Source: Clostridiales bacterium
Lineage (GTDB): Bacteria > Bacillota > Clostridia > Christensenellales > Borkfalkiaceae
Direction of reading: 5' to 3'
Length of the DNA stretch: 64,000 nucleotides
Assembly (NCBI GenBank): GCA_022781715.1
Contig: JALETB010000094.1
Coordinates: 11,339 to 75,338, forward strand
In this document: positions 16,670 to 23,419 of the stretch, piece by piece
How positions within the stretch are numbered: the stretch's first letter is position 1
Layout of the letters: the number at the start of each line of letters is the position of its first letter
The notes under the pieces: generated by a model
The model's database searches: none
Told to the model about the DNA's origin: nothing
What the model saw: only the letters and a program-made list of their open reading frames with translations
Made by a program: the position numbers and the translations under genes

Positions 16670-16885
16670 TTATTTGCAGCATCCGCCGCCGAATCCGAAG
16701 TCCGGACCTCCTTTTCCGCCTTTGCAGCAGCAAAGAAGAAGCAACAGAACGGGAAGTAAGCATCCGCAGCCGCAGATCTTATCTATAATGCCATTCAAAC
16801 ATCCGTTTTTGCACAAGCAAAGAATGAGGATGATGATGAGCATCCAAAGACAACAATTGTCGCCGATTCCCAAACAATTCAACAT
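16670..16885 (-). CDS. Small cysteine-rich hydrophobic protein (71 aa, 14 Cys), function unknown
   Basis: MLNCLGIGDNCCLWMLIIILILCLCKNGCLNGIIDKICGCGCLLPVLLLLLCCCKGGKGGPDFGFGGGCCK. AGGAGG RBS lies 10 nt upstream of ATG 16885. The track version starts at a TTG at 16954 that has no good RBS. The terminator follows directly after the stop. Confidence 0.6.
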   Translation of the reverse strand: MLNCLGIGDNCCLWMLIIILILCLCKNGCLNGIIDKICGCGCLLPVLLLLLCCCKGGKGGPDFGFGGGCCK

Positions 16886-16982
16886 TGAAATATTTCCTCC
16901 TGTGATATTCGTAGCGTTACCGCTATCATTATCAGTATACTTTTTTTCATTCAAAAATGTTACATCGCCTTTCCCGAAAAAC

Positions 16983-17011
16983 TTGCTTTTAAAATTTAAA
17001 TATATTATAAT
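16983..17011 (+). promoter_or_regulatory. Putative sigma-A promoter of the ECF S-component/coaX/ispG string
   Basis: TTGCTT (16983-16988), 17-nt spacer, TATAAT (17006-17011). It is followed by a short hairpin AGACCT/AGGTCT (17036-17050) and a T-rich tract. Confidence 0.4.
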
Positions 17012-17111
17012 TTATAATGCGGATACTCAAAAGGGAGACCTATGAGGTCTGACAGATTTTTATTTATTTTTCTAACGGGTATTCTTTTAAGAAACTCGAT
17101 CGGAGGCAAAA

Positions 17112-17705
17112 ATGGAAGAAAAAAAAGGCTTTTTCACGCCTAAAAACATTGCTGTTTTAGGCATTCTGAGCGCGTTTGTCGTCATTCTGCAGATTTTCGG
17201 CAGTTATTTCCGGATCGGAACGGTGCAGTTGTCTTTCGTGCTTGTGCCGATTGTTCTCGGCGCGATTCTGACCGGTGTTTACGGCGGCGCGATTTTAGGT
17301 TTTTTGTTCGGCATGATAACCCTTATCATGGGTATCGTCGGTGTTGATCAGTTTACTTTTATACTGTTTTCGGATCATCCCGTTTTAACGATTTTAACTT
17401 GTATCGTAAAGGCTACGGCTGCGGGGTGTTTGTCCGGGCTTATATACGGCGTGATTTCGAAAAAAAACAAAACCGCGGCAGTATTTTCGGCGGCAGCGAT
17501 TGCTCCTGTCGTCAACACGTCGCTTTTCATCGTCGGCGCGCTTTTTATGAGCGACACGTTGAACGCGAACTTTGTTCAGAGCGGTACGTCCGTTATATAC
17601 TTTTTGATCATCGGTTGCGCGGGGATAAATTTTCTTGTGGAACTCGCGATAAATCTCTTACTTGCACCGGCACTTTACAGAATAATTAAGGTAGTAAAAA
17701 AATAA
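17112..17705 (+). CDS. ECF transporter S component, probably pantothenate-specific (PanT) by context
   Basis: 197 aa with about six hydrophobic helices and the typical S-component N-terminus (TPKNIAVLGILSAFVVILQ). TAATG overlap with coaX. Confidence 0.7.
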   Translation: MEEKKGFFTPKNIAVLGILSAFVVILQIFGSYFRIGTVQLSFVLVPIVLGAILTGVYGGAILGFLFGMITLIMGIVGVDQFTFILFSDHPVLTILTCIVKATAAGCLSGLIYGVISKKNKTAAVFSAAAIAPVVNTSLFIVGALFMSDTLNANFVQSGTSVIYFLIIGCAGINFLVELAINLLLAPALYRIIKVVKK

Positions 17706-18493
17706 TGATTTTTTGCATCGATATAGGAAATTCAAATATAAAATACGCCATTTTCGACGGAGACGAGATGAAGGCATCGTTCAGGGTAACTTCGCAGAGA
17801 AATGCCACGAGCGACGAATACGGGGTTATAGTCCGCGATCTGTTGAAGTCGGCGGATATTCCGCGCGAAAAAATCAGCGGAGTTATTATGTCGTCGGTCA
17901 TTCCGTCGCTTAATTACACCATGGAGCATATGTGCAGGGACTATCTCGGTTTAACGCCGCTCATCGTCGGTCCGGGCGTGAAAACGGGACTTAACGTCAA
18001 AGCGGATAATCCGCGCGAAGTCGGGGCTGATATCATTGTCGATTCCGTCAGCGCGATTCATCGTTACGGCAAAGGCACGCCGATAATCTGCATAGATTTC
18101 GGCACGGCTACAACCTTCGATATCATAAGCGAAAAAGGCGAACTTATCGGCGTCGTTATTTCACCCGGAATAAAAGCTTCGCTCGATTCTCTCGTCAACA
18201 ACACTGCAAGTCTCCCGAATATCGAACTCGAAACCCCGCCGTCGATAATAGCGAAAAATACGGTCAACTGCATGCAGGCGGGTATCGTTTACGGCTTTGC
18301 GGGGCTGGTTGATAATATCGTCAAAAAAATCAAAGAGGAACTGAATCGTCCCGACGCGAAAGTTATCGCTACAGGCGGCATGGGGTATATAATATATAAG
18401 CACGCTTCCTGCATCGATAAGTTTGACAGAATGCTCACGCTGAATGGACTCAGGATAATTTACGAAATGAATTCGAGAGTGAAAAATGACTAA
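17705..18493 (+). CDS. coaX: Type III pantothenate kinase
   Basis: 262 aa with IDIGNSNIKYAIF, IDFGTATTFD and ATGG motifs. Confidence 0.93.
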   Translation: MIFCIDIGNSNIKYAIFDGDEMKASFRVTSQRNATSDEYGVIVRDLLKSADIPREKISGVIMSSVIPSLNYTMEHMCRDYLGLTPLIVGPGVKTGLNVKADNPREVGADIIVDSVSAIHRYGKGTPIICIDFGTATTFDIISEKGELIGVVISPGIKASLDSLVNNTASLPNIELETPPSIIAKNTVNCMQAGIVYGFAGLVDNIVKKIKEELNRPDAKVIATGGMGYIIYKHASCIDKFDRMLTLNGLRIIYEMNSRVKND

Positions 18494-19523
18494 ACAAGTT
18501 AAGATAGGCAACGTTGTCATCGGCGGTGAAAATCCCGTTGCCATTCAATCTATGGCTAACATAAAAACTTCAAAAATCGACGATGTCGTAAGGCAAATTG
18601 CCGAATTGGATGTGTTAGGTTGCGACATTATCAGAGTATCAGTTAAAGATGACGACGACGTGAAGGCGTTGAGTGAAATCAAAAAAAGAATCTCGATTCC
18701 GCTTGTCGCCGATATCCATTTTAATTATAAATACGCGCTTAAAGCAATTGACTCCGGAGTGGATAAAATCAGAATCAATCCCGGCAATATCGGCTCCGAA
18801 AAAAACGTTGAGGAAGTCGCAAAAGCGTTGATTCATTCCGACGTTGCGGTAAGAGTCGGTTCCAACTCCGGAAGCATAGAAAAAGAGTTTTTGGCAAAGT
18901 ACGGCAAGAGCGAAGTTTCGCTTGCGGAGAGCGCGCTTAAAAACGTCGCCGCGCTCGAACGGTACGGCGTCGATAAAATAGTCGTTTCCGCAAAGGCGAG
19001 TAACGTTCCGCTCACCGTTAAAACTTACGAATACATTCACGAAAAAACCGACTATCCGCTTCACGTCGGCGTAACCGAGGCGGGAACGTATAACTCGGGG
19101 ATTGTGAAAAGCAGCATTGGCATAGGCAGTTTGCTTCTCAAAGGAATAGGCGACACGATAAGGGTTTCGCTTACCGCCCCGCCTAGAGAAGAAGTTGTTG
19201 CCGCGAAGAGAATTCTGCGAAGCGTCGGTCTTGATGAAAACTACGTCGAAGTAATATCGTGTCCGACTTGCGGCAGAACGGAATACGACAGTATTTCGCT
19301 TGCCGGGAAAGTGGAAGAACTTACTTCGGGGATAAAAAAACATTTGAAAATAGCCGTTATGGGGTGCGTGGTGAACGGACCCGGCGAAGCGGCGGACTGC
19401 GATCTCGGGATCGCGGGAGGAAGCGGATACTGCGCTTTTTTCAAAAACGGCGAGGTTTATAAAAAAGTGCCGTTTGCTAACGCCGAAGAAGAATTTATAA
19501 AGGAAATCGAAAAACTTGTCTGA
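18486..19523 (+). CDS. ispG: 4-hydroxy-3-methylbut-2-en-1-yl diphosphate synthase
   Basis: 345 aa with PVAIQSM, ADIHF, RINPGNIG, and C-terminal CPTCGR plus GCVVNGPGE Fe-S ligand motifs. Confidence 0.95.
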   Translation: MTKQVKIGNVVIGGENPVAIQSMANIKTSKIDDVVRQIAELDVLGCDIIRVSVKDDDDVKALSEIKKRISIPLVADIHFNYKYALKAIDSGVDKIRINPGNIGSEKNVEEVAKALIHSDVAVRVGSNSGSIEKEFLAKYGKSEVSLAESALKNVAALERYGVDKIVVSAKASNVPLTVKTYEYIHEKTDYPLHVGVTEAGTYNSGIVKSSIGIGSLLLKGIGDTIRVSLTAPPREEVVAAKRILRSVGLDENYVEVISCPTCGRTEYDSISLAGKVEELTSGIKKHLKIAVMGCVVNGPGEAADCDLGIAGGSGYCAFFKNGEVYKKVPFANAEEEFIKEIEKLV

Positions 19524-21060
19524 CTTTAACAAAGATATTCTGCCGAAAATAAAACAGATAGACGACAACCTCGGCAGATTGAGATTAAAAAAAATAACAC
19601 TTCGCAAAAGCGGCGCGGCAGAATTCGATTTTATCTGCGACAAGCCCGTGAGCGATTATACGTGTATAAAAATAGAGGATATCCTGAGAGGCTATCTTCC
19701 CGAGAATTTCAAAGAATGCAGGGTTAACGTTTCAAAAATCGTTGCCGACCCGGAACTTGTTTCAAACGAGATTATCAGATATCTGAAATCGGAATTTATG
19801 TCCGTGGCGAATTGCATCGAACCGTCAAACGTCAGGGCGTTTCCTCCTGCGGACGGGAAATGCGAATACGTTTTAAGCGTGGACGAAGATATTTACGGAT
19901 ATTTTCTTTCTAATAACGTAACCGATAAAATTTCCGCCCATTTATATGAGAATTTTTGTTGTCTTTTCCACGGCGAGGTTATTAACAGCGGAAAGACGAA
20001 AGCGAACGCCGATATATTGAAACAGAAGATAAACACTTCGGAATTCGAAACGATAAAATGCAGAACGCTTAAAGTTCTCGACCCGGTTAAACTCTGGGGC
20101 GAAGACATCGAAGGCGTCGCGATTTACGCTGCCGACGCGCAGTACGCGCAAGGCATTTGCTGCTTTGCGGGGACGATAACTTCGATCAATCAGAAAGAAA
20201 CCCAGAAAGGAAAAACTTTTTACATAATCGAACTCGACGACACTACGGGTAAAATTCAGGGCAAGATCTTCATGACCAAAGAAAAGGAAAAGAAGATCGA
20301 TAAGTTGCAGATAGGAACTCAGATTCTTTGCCGCGGCGATATGAGTATGTTCAACGGCGCGCCGAGTTTCAGAATTTCCGACGTTTCGTTCTGTGTTTTT
20401 CCGCAGGATTTCAAACCCGAAGAAAGGGCGAGTAAGTCTGTTCCGGAGTTTTATACGTACGTTACGCCGGAACCGATTGAGGATATGGCTCAGGCGGGAC
20501 TTTTCGATATCGCGAAGAGCGTTCCGGAATGTCTTATCGGTCAGACGTTCGTGGTCGTCGATATCGAAACCACGGGGCTGTCTTATCTCGGCGGGGATAA
20601 GATAACCGAGATAGGCGCGGTGAGAATAGTAGACGGAAAAATCGTCGATAAATTCCAGACGCTTATCAATCCTGAGCGAAGAATAAGCGAAGAAATCACG
20701 AAACTTACCGGCATCAGCGAGGATATGGTAAAGGATATGCCCACGTTCGATAAGATAATTCCCGATTTTTTCAAGTATTCCGCGGGGAGCATAATCGTCG
20801 GTCACAACCTCGATTTCGATTATAAGTTTATCAAATTTTACGCGAAAGAGCAGGGCTACACGTTCAAAAACGAGGGCATAGATACTTTGCCGTTCGCGAG
20901 AGAAGTCGTGCCGCGCCTGAAAAACTACAAGCTCAACACGGTCTGCGATCATTTTTCGATCGAATTTCTGCATCACAGAGCGTTGTCCGACGCTCACGCT
21001 ACGGCGAAATTGTTTCTCGAACTCGTAAGAATAAAAAAGGAATTGCCGAAATTTATGTAA
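19516..21060 (+). CDS. PolC-like N-terminal domain + OB fold + DnaQ-type 3'-5' exonuclease; no PHP or polymerase domains
   Basis: 514 aa. Exo I FVVVDIETTGL, Exo II GHNLDFDYKF, Exo III HRALSDAHATAKLF. An upstream OB-like block reads GTITSINQKETQKGKTFYIIELDDTTGKIQGKIFM...ILCRGDMS. TTG start overlaps the ispG stop. It occupies the syntenic position of polC upstream of rimP. Confidence 0.75.
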   Translation: MSDFNKDILPKIKQIDDNLGRLRLKKITLRKSGAAEFDFICDKPVSDYTCIKIEDILRGYLPENFKECRVNVSKIVADPELVSNEIIRYLKSEFMSVANCIEPSNVRAFPPADGKCEYVLSVDEDIYGYFLSNNVTDKISAHLYENFCCLFHGEVINSGKTKANADILKQKINTSEFETIKCRTLKVLDPVKLWGEDIEGVAIYAADAQYAQGICCFAGTITSINQKETQKGKTFYIIELDDTTGKIQGKIFMTKEKEKKIDKLQIGTQILCRGDMSMFNGAPSFRISDVSFCVFPQDFKPEERASKSVPEFYTYVTPEPIEDMAQAGLFDIAKSVPECLIGQTFVVVDIETTGLSYLGGDKITEIGAVRIVDGKIVDKFQTLINPERRISEEITKLTGISEDMVKDMPTFDKIIPDFFKYSAGSIIVGHNLDFDYKFIKFYAKEQGYTFKNEGIDTLPFAREVVPRLKNYKLNTVCDHFSIEFLHHRALSDAHATAKLFLELVRIKKELPKFM

Positions 21061-21076
21061 AAGGCGTTCAAAACGC

Positions 21077-21105
21077 TTGCTAAAAAAATATAAAAGTGTT
21101 AAAAT
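21077..21105 (+). promoter_or_regulatory. Sigma-A promoter (extended -10) of the rimP-nusA-infB operon
   Basis: TTGCTA (21077-21082), 17-nt spacer, TGtTAAAAT (21097-21105). Confidence 0.5.
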
Positions 21106-21133
21106 AAACATGCTTAATATGGTTGATTCGATA

Positions 21134-21166
21134 TTGAGAGCGGTTTCTGCCGCTCTCAAATTTTTA
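21134..21166 (+). terminator. Intrinsic terminator/attenuator in the rimP leader
   Basis: TTGAGAGCGG (21134-21143) pairs with CCGCTCTCAA (21150-21159), followed by ATTTTTAT. It lies downstream of the putative promoter and 13 nt upstream of the rimP ATG. Confidence 0.6.
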
Positions 21167-21178
21167 TATGGAGGGCAT

Positions 21179-21646
21179 ATGAAGTTCAAAAGCGTGGAAG
21201 AAATCGAAAACGCGGTTCGTAAAATCGCGGACGAAATGAATATCGAAATTATCGAAATCGCTCCGAAGATCAGCAAAAATCCGTCGTTGACGTTTTTCAT
21301 AGATACGGAAGGCGGAGTTGATCTCGACACGTGCGAAAAGTTCCATAACGCCATCGACGGCGTTTTAGACGAACTGGACCCCTCTTACGGCGAGGCTTAC
21401 ACTCTTAACGTATCGAGTCCGGGAATAGATCGTCCGCTTAAGACCGCGCGCGACTTCGAGAGATGTGTCGGCAAGGACGTGGAGATAAAACTCGCAACGC
21501 CGCTGCAGGGTAAAAAATATATCGAAAGCAAACTTGTAGGTTACGATGAGAACAACGTCGTGTTAAACGACGGAAAAGGAGAGAAGGATTATAAACTTCC
21601 TCTTACGAAGATAGAAAAAATCAACGAAGCGATTAAATTCGACTGA
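21179..21646 (+). CDS. rimP: Ribosome maturation factor RimP
   Basis: 155 aa from ATG 21179 (GGAGGG RBS at 21170-21175). Conserved position directly upstream of nusA, with YTLNVSSPGIDRPL. The track start at 21077 spans the terminator hairpin. Confidence 0.88.
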   Translation: MKFKSVEEIENAVRKIADEMNIEIIEIAPKISKNPSLTFFIDTEGGVDLDTCEKFHNAIDGVLDELDPSYGEAYTLNVSSPGIDRPLKTARDFERCVGKDVEIKLATPLQGKKYIESKLVGYDENNVVLNDGKGEKDYKLPLTKIEKINEAIKFD

Positions 21647-21667
21647 TGTTCGTTAAGGAGATTAACA

Positions 21668-22774
21668 ATGAATAATAAGGAGTTTTTTCTTTCGATCGAA
21701 GATCTGGAAAGAGAAAAGGGAATCAAGCAGGATCTTTTGATCGAAACGCTTAAAAACGCGCTCGTTTCGGCTTATAAAAAACATACCGGAACGTCGAGCG
21801 ACGTTATGATCGATATGAATCCCGAAAAGAAAACCGTCAGATTTTTCGCGGTAAAAACCGTAGTCGAAGAAGTTACGGATCCCGAAAAGGAAATTTCGCT
21901 CGAAGAAGCCAGGGAGATCAAGAAGTCCTATAAAATCGGCGACGAAGTGAAAACGGAATTCGTTCCCAAGGAATTCGGAAGAATTGCCGCTCAGACCGCA
22001 AAACAGGTCGTATTCCAGAAACTCAGAGAAGCCGAAAGAGATAACACTCTTGCGGAATTCGAGGATAAGGAAAACGAAATCAAGGCTTGCACGATCAGAA
22101 GAATCGACGACAAAAATATATACGTTGAAATCGGCGCGGGCGAGATCGAAGCGGTTATGCTTCCGCAGGATCAGGTTCCCGGCGAGAAATATAACGTCAA
22201 CGACAAGTTGATGGTTTACGTCAAGAAAGTCAGAAGTATGGGCAAAAACGCTCAGATTCTCGTTTCGAGAACTTCGCCCGGACTTGTGCGCAAACTTTTC
22301 GAGAACGTCGTTCCGGAAATCGCGCAGGGTATCGTCACGGTTAAATCTATTGCGAGAGAAGCGGGGCAAAGAACTAAGATTGCCATTTTCAGCAACGATC
22401 CCAACGTAGACGCCGTGGGCGCATGCGTGGGCAATAAGGGAATGAGAGTCAACGAAGTCGTAAGAGAACTCGGCGGCGAAAAAATCGACATAATTCCTTG
22501 GAGCGAAGACCCGCTCGAATTCATCGCGAAGGCTCTTTCTCCCGCAAAGGTTCTCAAAGTCAGCGCAATCGAAGGCGAAAAGATAGCGAGAGTTGTCGTT
22601 CCCGACGATAAACTTTCCCTTGCGATAGGCAAAGACGGACAGAACGCTCGTCTTGCGGCAAGGCTCACCGGCTGGAAAGTCGACGTCAAGAGCGAGAGTA
22701 AGGCGAAACTCGAAGAGGAGACCGAAGTTGCCGAAGAAGACGTTCAGGAAGAGGATTTTTCCGATAACGAATAA
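21668..22774 (+). CDS. nusA: Transcription termination/antitermination factor NusA
   Basis: 368 aa with N-terminal domain, S1 and two KH regions (AREAGQRTKIAI, GACVGNKGMRV, AIGKDGQNARLAARLTGW). Confidence 0.96.
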   Translation: MNNKEFFLSIEDLEREKGIKQDLLIETLKNALVSAYKKHTGTSSDVMIDMNPEKKTVRFFAVKTVVEEVTDPEKEISLEEAREIKKSYKIGDEVKTEFVPKEFGRIAAQTAKQVVFQKLREAERDNTLAEFEDKENEIKACTIRRIDDKNIYVEIGAGEIEAVMLPQDQVPGEKYNVNDKLMVYVKKVRSMGKNAQILVSRTSPGLVRKLFENVVPEIAQGIVTVKSIAREAGQRTKIAIFSNDPNVDAVGACVGNKGMRVNEVVRELGGEKIDIIPWSEDPLEFIAKALSPAKVLKVSAIEGEKIARVVVPDDKLSLAIGKDGQNARLAARLTGWKVDVKSESKAKLEEETEVAEEDVQEEDFSDNE

Positions 22775-22829
22775 GTGAAATAACGAATTAGAAAATCGTT
22801 CGTATATTAAACCGTATTTTGGAGAATTT

Positions 22830-23102
22830 ATGACCGGGAAATATGTTCCGATTAGAACTTGTATCGCTTGCAGAAACGAGTTTGAAAAAAATGAACTGCT
22901 CAGAATCGTCAGGACGAAGGACGGGGAGTTTCTTGTTGACAAAACGGGTAAATCCGACGGACGCGGCGCGTATATTTGCCGCTCGCCCGAATGCGCTAAG
23001 AAACTTTTCAAAGCAAAATTGCTTGACAGGATTTTTAAAACCGGCGTCCCCGCGACGATTTACGAAAAGATAGAGGAGGAACTTCTTGGACAGACTAAGT
23101 AA
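22830..23102 (+). CDS. ylxR: YlxR/RnpM family RNA-binding protein (DUF448)
   Basis: 90 aa with PIRTCIACR and GRGAYIC motifs. Conserved position after nusA. Confidence 0.9.
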   Translation: MTGKYVPIRTCIACRNEFEKNELLRIVRTKDGEFLVDKTGKSDGRGAYICRSPECAKKLFKAKLLDRIFKTGVPATIYEKIEEELLGQTK

Positions 23103-23418
23103 GCCTTACTCATATATCGGTTTTGCGATAAAAGCAGGAAAGTTGAGAACGGGTATAAACGCCGTCTCGACTTTGAATAAGGGCGTTTATCTGATAATAC
23201 TTTGTTCCGCAGGCGAGAAAAACGCAAGAAAAGAGGCGGAAAAACTCTCGAGAAAACACGGCGTGCCGCTGATCGAGTCCGAAAAGGTAACACTCGAGGA
23301 GATTACCGGTAAGGAAAACTGCAAGGTTGCCGCGGTTACGGATGAAAATCTGGCAAAAGCAATAATGGCGAACCTCGGAGAGGATTTCAAGGTTCTGAAC
23401 GGAGGTCATAAGGATTGA
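23086..23418 (+). CDS. L7Ae/L30e-family RNA-binding protein (YlxQ-like)
   Basis: 110 aa with IGFAIKAGKLRTGINAV, between ylxR and infB. TTG start follows a GAGGAGGA RBS and overlaps ylxR by 17 nt. Confidence 0.75.
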   Translation: MDRLSKPYSYIGFAIKAGKLRTGINAVSTLNKGVYLIILCSAGEKNARKEAEKLSRKHGVPLIESEKVTLEEITGKENCKVAAVTDENLAKAIMANLGEDFKVLNGGHKD

Positions 23419-23419
23419 T

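Noticed and set aside
16638-17045. 135-aa plus-strand ORF (proline/glutamine-rich) opposite the Cys-rich gene.
   Set aside because: Its TTG start lies inside the terminator hairpin and it has no RBS. It is the complement reading of Cys and Gly codons (GCA/GCC to TGC/GGC). The minus-strand ORF has an AGGAGG RBS and a terminator.
17012-17111. Possible riboswitch or attenuator in the leader of the ECF S-component gene (hairpin AGACCT/AGGTCT at 17036-17050 plus a T-rich tract).
   Set aside because: It has only a 6-bp stem with a 3-nt loop, the T-run is separated from the stem, and there is no recognisable conserved riboswitch core. The evidence is too weak to report as a feature.
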